DNA of 63,793 bases from the IMG/VR virus record IMGVR_UViG_3300043775_001647; one strand, written 5' to 3'. The stretch's first letter is position 1. Each line of letters starts with the position of its first letter. The notes beneath the pieces were generated by a model. The model saw only the letters and a program-made list of their open reading frames with translations, had not been told where the DNA came from and did no database searches. This stretch comes from an uncultured virus (IMG/VR IMGVR_UViG_3300043775_001647) (taxonomy: Duplodnaviria > Heunggongvirae > Uroviricota > Caudoviricetes). Made by a program: the position numbers and the translations under genes. Positions 18,572 to 28,100 of the stretch are shown here, piece after piece.

Positions 18572-19285
18572 TTATCTACCGCTACTGGCTCCAATACCTG
18601 TATCACTGTAGGTATCCCTAGCTGCTTTTTCATCTGCTAGTTGCATAGCTTCTTCGCTAGAATATTGTTTGCCGTTGTAGCTTAGCATTGGATGTAGGCC
18701 GTAATGTGCTGCATCTTCTAATGCTGCAAGAACAGCCATCCAATCATATTTTGTTAAATCTAACTCTGCAGATAATATATCGTTTGCTGAATCGTCCATT
18801 ACAACTGTGTACCCTAGTTTTTCATAGTTTAAGTGATCTTGGGACTCTTCACCTTCGGGGAAATCAAATAATACTTTGCTTTCAGCAGCTTCGTTCATCA
18901 TTTTAGAACTAGAAGTTTTTTGGTAAATAATATACTCATATTGATCGCTGAATAGCACTGCTAATTTTGCACCAGGATATCCTTCTCCTGCTTCAAAGTC
19001 GTACATAACAGCCTCCCCTTCGTCACTATCCTCTTCAAAAGAAGCTTTTTCTTTTTCTAACATCTGTAATAAAGCTTTAGGGTCCATTTCCTTACGCTCT
19101 TCCATAGACCCTCCAGGTCCGCCACCAGCTTCAACTACTTCAACCGGTTTGTTCATGTCAATACCTGCTTGTGCAAAAGCTTCTGCTAAGTCTTGAGTCT
19201 CTTTTTCAAAGTACTCGTTTATCATTCTAGAATTAGTAGTTACCTTATTCTCTACTAAATACTTTTTTAAGTCAAAATTATCCAT
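18572..19285 (-). CDS. acidic protein with MDNFDLKKYLVEN leader (candidate internal head protein)
   Basis: Shared leader, TATTTATA motif upstream; internal leader-like SSSKMMNE segment. Confidence 0.75.
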   Translation of the reverse strand: MDNFDLKKYLVENKVTTNSRMINEYFEKETQDLAEAFAQAGIDMNKPVEVVEAGGGPGGSMEERKEMDPKALLQMLEKEKASFEEDSDEGEAVMYDFEAGEGYPGAKLAVLFSDQYEYIIYQKTSSSKMMNEAAESKVLFDFPEGEESQDHLNYEKLGYTVVMDDSANDILSAELDLTKYDWMAVLAALEDAAHYGLHPMLSYNGKQYSSEEAMQLADEKAARDTYSDTGIGASSGR

Positions 19286-19372
19286 GTTTTGTTTTAGTTA
19301 TAAATATAATCTAAAGATAAGAAAAAAGCCCCTGCAAAGCAAGGGCTCTTAAGTGTTTATTTTTACTATACT

Positions 19373-19918
19373 CTAGTAAGCATAACCAGCAGGAACGATG
19401 TCGTTCTCGGTTGATTCATTACCTTCTAAGTCATACCAGTAGGTATAAGCTTCTTCTCCATACTCTGCATTGTTCCAATCGTACTCTTGTCCAGATACAC
19501 CGTAACCTTTAGGGTACTTGTATATAAAGATAACAATACCTCCCTCCATATCCTCTTCACCTACTTTAAAAGTAGTGCCGTTAGGAAATTCGACTTTACG
19601 AACTTTTTGTGGTTTTTTTTTAAGCTCTCCTTCTTTCTTTTCAGCTTCAGAAACAGTTTCATCAATTGATAGAGTTGATATTGTGTAAACTAAAAAATCA
19701 TTGATTTGTTTTTCAGAATAACCTTTCTCTAGTAAATCAAAAGCAACTGCATCAGCACCCTTCACAAACATGTGAAATTTCTCGCTAGAAGCTTCTTTCT
19801 CCATTTTTTCAATGGCATCATAATCAAAACCCGTATTGCTCGAGTATTCATTTGTTATCTGTGAGTTAGTAGTTACTTTATTTTCTACTAAGTACTTCTT
19901 TAAATCAAAATTATCCAT
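19373..19918 (-). CDS. acidic protein with MDNFDLKKYLVEN leader (candidate internal head protein)
   Basis: Shared leader, unrelated body. Confidence 0.75.
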   Translation of the reverse strand: MDNFDLKKYLVENKVTTNSQITNEYSSNTGFDYDAIEKMEKEASSEKFHMFVKGADAVAFDLLEKGYSEKQINDFLVYTISTLSIDETVSEAEKKEGELKKKPQKVRKVEFPNGTTFKVGEEDMEGGIVIFIYKYPKGYGVSGQEYDWNNAEYGEEAYTYWYDLEGNESTENDIVPAGYAY

Positions 19919-20006
19919 GTTTTGTTTTAGTTATAAATATAATCTAAAGATAAGAAAAAAGCCCCTGCAAGGCAAGGGCTCTTCTGTGTTTATTTTTTAG
20001 TTTTAT

Positions 20007-20270
20007 TTACAGTAAGTCACCGCTTTTTTCTAATTCCCTAAAGTAGTCCTTAATGCCTGTATAATTAGTAGATACATTCTTCCATTCTTGAGCGTACTCC
20101 GCTACTTTCTTAGCTAATTCTCTAGGTGATAGATCTTCGTACTGTGGATGGGACATTACAAAGTCTTCAATAGCACTGTGAGAATTTTCGTTTTCTGCTT
20201 CTTCTATCATTCTAGAGTTTGCAGTAACCTTATTCTCAACAAGGTACTTTTTTAAATCAAAATTATCCAT
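20007..20270 (-). CDS. small protein with MDNFDLKKYLVEN leader (candidate internal head protein)
   Basis: Shared leader, unrelated body. Confidence 0.75.
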   Translation of the reverse strand: MDNFDLKKYLVENKVTANSRMIEEAENENSHSAIEDFVMSHPQYEDLSPRELAKKVAEYAQEWKNVSTNYTGIKDYFRELEKSGDLL

Positions 20271-20353
20271 TTTTTTCTTTTGTTATAAATAGACTTAAAG
20301 AAACGAAAAAAGCCCCTGCAAAGCAAGGGCTCTTCTTAAAAGTTTTTGGAATC

Positions 20354-21433
20354 TTATTCCGGCTCTTCTTGGAAATAACCGGGTGTTGAATCCTCATAAG
20401 CTTCTTCTACTACATCGAAGTCTCCTCCTCCTAGAATGGCTGACCATTCTTTGGCATGAGCATCTTTGTACTTCTTAAGCTCTTTCTCATCATCGTTGAT
20501 AAATCCGTGAGGTGTCATAATGATCCTGCCTCGGGTTGTAATTCCATTGATATGATTCTTATCAATCTGAAGATTAGTTCTCTTAGCAAATTCTACCTGT
20601 TTACCATCCTTGATTGCTTTAATCTTGGAAGTACCTGCATTCATAATGTTACCAAACGTTACTACAAAAGTTGCATCATACCACATGGCAAATCCACCTT
20701 TGTTCATAAGCTTGGGTTGACCCATTGGTGATTCAGGCTTTTGAGTCCATACCTTGTTTACTACTACTAATGTATTAGTATACGGTGAAGACTCTTTCCT
20801 TGACATTACAATCCGTTGATTTACTCCATTACCGAACTGAGTTGACATTGCACCTGCATTCCATTCGTTATTATTCTTGTTAGAACGTACTGAAAGTTCG
20901 CAAGGTACTGAACCGATTGAATCCCAAAGGAATAAAAGATCGTGAGGTAAGCTTCCTTTCTTCTGTTCGTCAATTAAATCTAGAATAAATCCAGCAACAT
21001 CCTCGATTGTATTTAGAGTCTCTCTATCAACGTAGATAAAGAATCCACCGTAATCAACAACCTCACCGGTTCGTTCATCAACCGTTTGATTTACTTGCAG
21101 ACCCATTTGAATAGCATGTTCCCAATTCCATTTCATCTCTGTAATAATGAATACTGGAAGGATGCCTGCTTTCTGGGCTGATACTGCAGCTTCAAGCAAT
21201 GCTGTAGTCTTTCCTGTATCAGAATGACCTCTCAGCATTACAATGTGACCCATCGGGATTCCCGGGATTGAAGTCACCTCTTGGAAAGATGGTGATAGAG
21301 GAATCCACTGCTGATCCTTAAATTTTACGTTACCTGTTAAGAGCTTCTTCTCTTTGAACTTATCTAAAGAGAATCCTTTCTTAAGCTCGGCAGACACGGC
21401 CTCTGTTAAAGAAGCTTTTTCTTTCTTAGCCAT
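20354..21433 (-). CDS. uvsX: RecA/UvsX-like recombinase
   Basis: PGIPMGHI, Walker A GHSDTGKT, Walker B FLWDSIG, KGG..MWY, DKNHI. Confidence 0.88.
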   Translation of the reverse strand: MAKKEKASLTEAVSAELKKGFSLDKFKEKKLLTGNVKFKDQQWIPLSPSFQEVTSIPGIPMGHIVMLRGHSDTGKTTALLEAAVSAQKAGILPVFIITEMKWNWEHAIQMGLQVNQTVDERTGEVVDYGGFFIYVDRETLNTIEDVAGFILDLIDEQKKGSLPHDLLFLWDSIGSVPCELSVRSNKNNNEWNAGAMSTQFGNGVNQRIVMSRKESSPYTNTLVVVNKVWTQKPESPMGQPKLMNKGGFAMWYDATFVVTFGNIMNAGTSKIKAIKDGKQVEFAKRTNLQIDKNHINGITTRGRIIMTPHGFINDDEKELKKYKDAHAKEWSAILGGGDFDVVEEAYEDSTPGYFQEEPE

Positions 21434-21439
21434 AGTCTA

Positions 21440-22303
21440 TTAGAAAGGTAAGTCGTTGGTGTCGTCGTTGAATAAAGAATCGAACTTGTCGGCTTTTGAT
21501 TCTACTTTCTTTCCTTGAGATTCTAGAGTAAATGGATTCTCAGATTTTTTCCAAGGAAGTTCTTCCTTTGCAGGAGCAGCAGGCTTTGCATCATCAAAGT
21601 TAGTTACAGGCTCAGAAGAGATTACTCCTTCTTCTTCGTCAGGTGCTAACCATTTCTGCAATACAGACTTCATGTCATCGAAAGACATTCTTGAGAATAC
21701 TTTCAAAGGATCTGGTTGATCGTTCAAGATAGTTTGTAACAATGTGTCGTCATCGGTCAAAGTAGATTCTTTAGTACGTGCACGAACGGTTGTTTTGTTA
21801 AAACCAGTTCCTGTAGTTTCAGCACCCACTGTAGTCAAATTCAAGTCACGACCTGAAATGATATCAGTGTAATCCCCGATGTCTTCATCTTCTACCATAG
21901 AAAGTAATTCCATGTAGATTTCTTTACCAAAGCCCCAAAGTTTAACTCCGTCTGCTTCTTCACCTCTAACGATAACGGGTACAAATACCCTCATTTTAGG
22001 ATCAAGTTTACGTGCTAGTCTCCAAGACTCTTTGTCTTTACTGGTTCTTAACTGCTTGGCGAATTCAACGATAGGATCTTTATCACCCCAGTTTGTTGGA
22101 GAGATGATTGGATTCTTGTCGATTCCGTAGTGAAAATACAGTTCCGAAAAAGGATTTGATTTATTGTACGCGGAAGGTACAATACGGATTGTTTGCTTGC
22201 CCACGGCAGGTTTCCAGAAGACATTCTTACGTGCCTCTCCGGAAGGACGGCTTTGTTGAGTTTGCAAAGCATTCAGCTTTGCTTTAATTGAATTGATATC
22301 CAT
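21440..22303 (-). CDS. single-stranded DNA-binding protein (T4 gp32-like)
   Basis: FWKP..QTIRIVP, GVKLWGFGK, YTD..SGRD, acidic DDTNDLPF tail; promoter TTG-N20-TACATTTA at 22314-22344. Confidence 0.82.
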   Translation of the reverse strand: MDINSIKAKLNALQTQQSRPSGEARKNVFWKPAVGKQTIRIVPSAYNKSNPFSELYFHYGIDKNPIISPTNWGDKDPIVEFAKQLRTSKDKESWRLARKLDPKMRVFVPVIVRGEEADGVKLWGFGKEIYMELLSMVEDEDIGDYTDIISGRDLNLTTVGAETTGTGFNKTTVRARTKESTLTDDDTLLQTILNDQPDPLKVFSRMSFDDMKSVLQKWLAPDEEEGVISSEPVTNFDDAKPAAPAKEELPWKKSENPFTLESQGKKVESKADKFDSLFNDDTNDLPF

Positions 22304-22376
22304 AAGTTTTATTTAAATGTATGAAAATTGCTTTAGACTAGCAACTTAAAGTTTAATAATTTTACAGAGTTTGCTT

Positions 22377-22706
22377 TTACTCAGGTAGACCGTTGGGTTC
22401 TCCTAAGATTCCGTGAATAACTCTTCGGAATGTCTTTTGAAATTCTTTTTGCAGAGTTGCCATAACCTCTTCCTGTTGTTCCGGATTATCTTTTAAGATT
22501 TGCATTTTACCGTTAGAACCATCATGATACATTGCGCTCATTTTAAAGAACACCATGGGAGAATTCCCTTCCCCATCATCCACAATTTGCATTTTAATAG
22601 TAGGTATATCATCAAACTCATTATCGTCCTGTAGTTTATTAAACTCAACAGACTCTTGATGTAACCTATTTTCAACAAGGTACTTTTTTAAGTCGAAATT
22701 ATCCAT
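22377..22706 (-). CDS. fourth protein with MDNFDLKKYLVEN leader
   Basis: Same 13-aa leader, outside the tandem array; TATTTATT upstream. Confidence 0.75.
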   Translation of the reverse strand: MDNFDLKKYLVENRLHQESVEFNKLQDDNEFDDIPTIKMQIVDDGEGNSPMVFFKMSAMYHDGSNGKMQILKDNPEQQEEVMATLQKEFQKTFRRVIHGILGEPNGLPE

Positions 22707-22717
22707 GTTAATAAATA

Positions 22718-23173
22718 TTAAAGTTCAACAATCTGGTGAATCTTTGTGCGTAGAAGCTTAAGATCACCTTGTTGGGTCAATAAAATCGTATTCTTGTAAT
22801 GCAGCCAGTTGATTCTAAAGTTCGTATCAACAATGCCTTCGTTTAGGCTCTTAATCAATTCGTTTAAAGCATTAATCGTATAAAGGGTATTTGACTCTTT
22901 TTTTCTATGAACTAGGATAGTATTCTCTGGAATGTTATTAATGTTAGGTTGATCAACATTGTAGGTACAAACGTATTCGTCATTGCTCTTGATATGCAAA
23001 ACAAAAATCTTATTATATAAAATAGTATATTCGCTAGATATATCCTTTATAAAGGAATCCACTTCATTTAGTGGTACGAATGTACAAAATAACTTATTAT
23101 TCACGTCTCCGGTATTGATAGTTTCTCTATCATAAATATCAAAGGGGCTGTAAAGTGTTGTAGTCTGGTCCAT
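22718..23173 (-). CDS. hypothetical phage protein
   Basis: NKLFCTF..HRKKESNTLYTINALN; true start may be downstream of 23173. Confidence 0.7.
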   Translation of the reverse strand: MDQTTTLYSPFDIYDRETINTGDVNNKLFCTFVPLNEVDSFIKDISSEYTILYNKIFVLHIKSNDEYVCTYNVDQPNINNIPENTILVHRKKESNTLYTINALNELIKSLNEGIVDTNFRINWLHYKNTILLTQQGDLKLLRTKIHQIVEL

Positions 23174-24422
23174 AACTTGTTTTTATTTGTAGGTTTTTGT
23201 CTTTAAATACTGTTAATATCTGCTTAATCTCTTCTTTATCCTGCTTATTAACATCTAATAAGAAAGCATCATAAGTATAAAGTACTAATTTTGTCTCCTT
23301 ATTATTAATAATATAGATGATTTCTTTAAGGATTGCAACATTGCTGTAAGTTTCCCAATGCTGAATAACGTAATTAAACAGTTTCTGTGGGTTCATATTG
23401 GGTAAATCGCTTTGTTTAAATACTTTTCCTGTCTGCTCAACAGTGTATTTACCTGTCTTCATAAACGTACTCCAGATCTGTTCGATAAGCTTTTGAGTTA
23501 ATTTAAAGAATTCAAAGTCTTTGTACTGATCGAAGATATGCCCGTATAGCTGCTTAAATACTAATCCTTTTGCTTCAGTTCGGTCCATTCCGTACTTAGC
23601 TGCAAAATCTTCATAAATATCTCCGGTCGGTGAATCATAACCAACCATCTGTCCAATCAACGTAGGATGATAAGCAGTCAAGTCAATCTCTAATAAAAAG
23701 TCGTTTCTTGGTATAAAAACCGATCTAGAACCGTTTTCCTTAGGTAAAGCAGCAAAGTTTAAGCTGTTAAACGTGTTGGAAGGTCGGCCGGTAGTAGTAT
23801 TGAGGTTGTATTGAGTGAATGTATAAGAGTTATAGCGGGATAGAAAGGGTCTCTTCAAGTCAAAGTATCTTTCAAAGGCACTATTAACCTTTAAGCCGTT
23901 TCTTTCTATAAACCAGAATACATTAGATAAATCATCATGATACTCATTAGGGATATATTTTTTAATCACTGGAAGATATTCATCGAATATAATCTCACAC
24001 TGCTCAAAATGCTTTACTATCGGAATTATTAAATTAAGATCCTCCTCTGTATGGTATCTTTGAGAGAAATAACTATGAGCATGAGTCTGCTTTTTTACTT
24101 CTTTATGCTCAAACAAATTCAGATCGTAAGTATTTGTACCAAAGTAAGTGTGGCTTAATGCTTTTTTATCCGGAGTATAGATTTTCTTAAAAGTTCTTAG
24201 GTATTCTTTAACCTGCAAAGGATCAAACTGTAATGCTTCCGGATGAGAGTAGTTAACTAAGAAGCCTTTCGGCTGGGTAACGTCTCTAAGGTATAAACAT
24301 AACGGAGCATAAATGCTTGGATGCATTTCCGGATGCCTTTGAATCGGAAGTACAAAGATTTCCGGTCCTAATTCAAACTGTACTTTATCAAACTGCTCTT
24401 GAGTCTCTGCTAGCCAAAACAT
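23139..24422 (-). CDS. short, divergent family A DNA polymerase-like protein
   Basis: TTTGRPS, EIDLTAYHP (motif A), R..AK...F..LYG (motif B), NYVIQ, LYTYDAFLLD (motif C). Confidence 0.75.
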   Translation of the reverse strand: MFWLAETQEQFDKVQFELGPEIFVLPIQRHPEMHPSIYAPLCLYLRDVTQPKGFLVNYSHPEALQFDPLQVKEYLRTFKKIYTPDKKALSHTYFGTNTYDLNLFEHKEVKKQTHAHSYFSQRYHTEEDLNLIIPIVKHFEQCEIIFDEYLPVIKKYIPNEYHDDLSNVFWFIERNGLKVNSAFERYFDLKRPFLSRYNSYTFTQYNLNTTTGRPSNTFNSLNFAALPKENGSRSVFIPRNDFLLEIDLTAYHPTLIGQMVGYDSPTGDIYEDFAAKYGMDRTEAKGLVFKQLYGHIFDQYKDFEFFKLTQKLIEQIWSTFMKTGKYTVEQTGKVFKQSDLPNMNPQKLFNYVIQHWETYSNVAILKEIIYIINNKETKLVLYTYDAFLLDVNKQDKEEIKQILTVFKDKNLQIKTSYGPDYNTLQPL

Positions 24423-24460
24423 AACCTTTAACTAAAGATACGGGATTTGAATGTAGAATC

Positions 24461-25156
24461 CTACTTCTTATAGAACTTAAGGTAATCCTCTTTTAAGAAT
24501 TGATCAAAACCAAAAAGCTGTAAGTTTACAACTCTCTTCCGAACAATGCTTTGGTTTGTTTGATATACTTGAGATTCCTGCCCGGCTAGTAACCAAGGTA
24601 ATGAGAAAGGAACATATTGCTCCCAAAAGAACTTAGGATCTCCAGATGCCAGGCTATCAAACTGCTGCTTATCTAACTCAAGGTAAAGATTCTCATTTGC
24701 TTTCTTACAAAAGTATCTTTCATATTCTCCAATCTTATAATCATTCTCATCAGGAATAGGAGTTATTCCGTAAGGTAAAAACCGTACTTGATAGTCTTGA
24801 GCTGTGAATTTTTTAATAGCTGTATACTCATTAACTACCTGCTGTTGAAATAACTGATAATTAACTGTTGGTTGATTCTGGATATCGTATGAGCTTCCGC
24901 CTGGTCTTATATTCGGAACATCTAAGTTAAAAGCAACTCCAACCTGTTGGTATTGAGTACCAGCATTTGTTTCGTTATCTCCAAAAGGTAGAATCTCTCT
25001 TGCGTTTGGATCTTGCGGACCTACTCCTGCAAAATACTGCCCTGTTGCAATCTCATAATAAGGACCAGAGTAAGGTTCACCCGTAGCTCTATCAATATAC
25101 TCCCCGGGATTGGCAGTTAATCCTGTTTTGACGTAATGTTTGGGTAAGTATGCCAT
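24461..25156 (-). CDS. hypothetical protein, probably baseplate-associated
   Basis: Last gene of the tail/baseplate operon. Confidence 0.6.
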   Translation of the reverse strand: MAYLPKHYVKTGLTANPGEYIDRATGEPYSGPYYEIATGQYFAGVGPQDPNAREILPFGDNETNAGTQYQQVGVAFNLDVPNIRPGGSSYDIQNQPTVNYQLFQQQVVNEYTAIKKFTAQDYQVRFLPYGITPIPDENDYKIGEYERYFCKKANENLYLELDKQQFDSLASGDPKFFWEQYVPFSLPWLLAGQESQVYQTNQSIVRKRVVNLQLFGFDQFLKEDYLKFYKK

Positions 25157-25160
25157 AGTC

Positions 25161-28100
25161 TTAGTAGTCTACATTCATTATTATTCTGTCTTTACCGTAC
25201 TTTGTTTGATCAGTGGTTGATGGGAATTTAAACGGAAAAGACTTTGCTCCTACTTTACTCACTATTGCATTCATCAAAGCAGTAAATTGTTCCCTGAATA
25301 GCTTCTTGTGGTATGGGGTTAATTTACTTAAATCTAATTTGTTCTTCCAAACAGCTGGGGTTATATTTTCGTTTATTAACCCTCTCATTCTAGCTACTGC
25401 TTCTGCTTCGTTATCATTAAGAGTACCTTTAGTAGCTTTTAATAGAGGTCTCAAGTTATCAAAACCATCTTTTAATAGCAGCACATCATTTAGCAGTCTT
25501 GCATACTGTATGTAAGTACTTCTTGATGCTGTTCCTGGATCTGAAGCAGGTAAGCTAGATGGGTTTGCATACTCAGCTCCTGTTCTTTCTTCGATATACT
25601 TTTTATCCTTTATTCCATAAACTTCAATAATATAAGTATTGTTCGGTGCACCGGCCGGGTATATTGCATCAAGCAGTTCTCTCATTGCATCTTTAGTTGA
25701 TTTATTATCAGGGACTTTATCCCCTGTCTTATCTCCCTGAGCTACAATCCCAGGTAGAATACATCCGTTACTATCCTTGTATGATGATCCTGCGTGAATA
25801 AGGATACCTCCTCGGTAAGGAACATCACCAAGTCTGAATACAGATCCTAATCCCGGATTGTTGTTTGCTTTTGATTTTGTAAAAGGGTATCTCCCTGGTG
25901 GAATACAGCTTATGCTTGAATTATTACCTTTCCATAGCAGCTCTACAGTGGTGAAGTCTTTTAGTTTTTTACCAGCATTGTCAAATAACTCTAGTGTTCC
26001 TAATGTTTGTCCAATAGTCTGTGACCCAGGAGTCGTGACTTCTTTTAATCTTCTCAATTTTAGTCTTACCGGTCCGGGAGTATTCGAAGGATAAACAACT
26101 ACGCCGGTCGGTGCTGCAGCAGGCCCTGATGTTCCTGTTGGTCCTGCAGAAGCTTTTACTCCTCCAAAATCTTGTGAGCTACTTAGGACAACTACTGAGT
26201 TTGGCACTACTACTGTGTCAATACTGGTTGTCCATTGGTTGTCTTGAATTCTATGTGCAATTCCTCTTATTAAAAACTGTAAAGTTGAACCGTAATTGTA
26301 TGGAAGGAAGCTACTATCTACTGCAAACTGCTGGTAAATCTTTATTCCTGATATTCCGTCAATGGTCATATTCAGGTTGATTGGTAAGAACCCTAATATT
26401 CCGGTAGCTGTATCAGTATTAACTGCAGTCGCTGATTGAGCAAAAGTAATCATGTTAGTTAAAATACTGCTAAACTCAGATACTTTTTCTTCGTCCCATG
26501 TATAATCAACCAATCCTTGAATATAGTTTAGATATTCTTGTTGTATACTTAAATATGCTTGTCCTAATTGAGCTTGTTTAGCTGCTTTTGCATCTCTGTC
26601 GGCTTGAGTTTCCCCTTTGTTGGTTTTAATTGGTAGTATTCTATCATCCAATCCTCTATTCCATTTAGAAAAAGCAGTAGCATCTTCACCTTTTATGTAC
26701 CCATTAGCTTGTGCTCCAATCGTAATAGTTGAAGCTAATTCATTTGTAATTTCAGTCTTAATTCCAAAGTCTCTAACAAAAGAGCCTTCTTTGTCTGGAT
26801 TTAATCCGTAAAGTTTAATTATTCCGCTTGTAGACGGTTTGGGTTGCCGGGAAGGAATAACTACTTCCTCAACAATATAAAATCTTCCCTCTTCGGCATC
26901 GATTGTAGGCTCTAATTTATTTTGTGCTCCTAATGAACTTTGTATACCGTTACAAATTGATTTTAATAAATCAAAAATAGGTACTTTGTTATTATTGTCT
27001 TTTAATCCGTTTATTTCTTTTAGTACGTATGCCATATTAACATACACGTTCATTAATCTTCCTGCATCTTTATGTGTTGGGTCTTGAAAAATTCCTTCAT
27101 CTGGGATTTGAGGGAATATTTCTCCTCCGGCTGCATTTAATAGTTCTACTGGGGTTCTAACAACACAGATTTGCGGGTTAGCAGAAACCGTATATGGTGT
27201 TTTGTATATGAGATTAGTCTCAGGGTCGTTATCTAAAGTAATGAGTGGGTTCTGTGCATTAAGATTTACATAGATCATATTTGTATCCCACATATACTGT
27301 AGCAATGCACCGAATCTAATGTAAAAGTAAATTTCATTACTTTCTGCATTAAAAATTTTTATTGCATCGTATTTTTTATAAACACCTCCTTTAAACCTGA
27401 AAGGATTAGCAGTAGCTAAAGATCTACATCTGAAAGTACCGTTTGTTGTTGTTTTAATTAAATCTTGCCTAATATCATAAAATAATCGACCTAAAACGCT
27501 GATATTTTTTAAGATATCAATAACTTCATAATCTGTCTTAGCATCTGCAAGTTTTGCTTGTTGATCTGCCTTAGCTTGTGCTTCCTGTTTTTTCTGTTCT
27601 TGAGTTAGTATACCGCTGGGACTATCCTCTGGCATAACGTTCATTTTTAGAGATTCAATAACATCTCCGTAACTCATTATAACTACTGTAATATCATAGG
27701 ATCCGTCTGGAAGGAAGCTCCAAGTAAAATTACTTATCCTACCAAAGATTGCATCGTAGTTAGCAGATGTATTTATCTTCTTTTGTTCGATATCAATGAG
27801 TAGCTTAGCTTGATCACCTGTGTATGTATTATCTAAAAATTTAGATGTTAATGTGTCTGAATCTTTAAATGCTGTGTAGTTACCTTCGTTGTCGTAGTAT
27901 AAGCTATTTCCAAATTCTATAAATACTGAATATCCAAGTCTTAGGTAAAGTATATCTAGCAGTTCAAACTGCTCTCTACTGTAAGCTTTTATGTTAATGG
28001 TAGATTCTCTTATAGAACCTCTGTTTCTATTTTTAGTTTCAAAAAAAACAATGCCCGGTGCTGGCCTTGGACCTTGTTCATAACCAAAAGCAGTATATGA

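Larger units (their letters stand above)
18513..20334 (-). repeat. four copies of an intergenic terminator/promoter repeat flanking three cassette genes
   Basis: Minus-strand AAGAGCCCTTGC-nnn-(G/T)CA(G/A)GG(G)CTTTTTT at about 18523-18551, 19322-19350, 19955-19983, 20306-20334; 19272-19337 is identical to 19905-19970. Confidence 0.9.

Noticed and set aside
15487..20334. Repeats considered as a CRISPR array or integron attC sites
   Set aside because: Intervening sequences are whole genes of 200-700 bp, no cas or integrase gene is present, and the repeats are explained as junction or terminator/promoter elements
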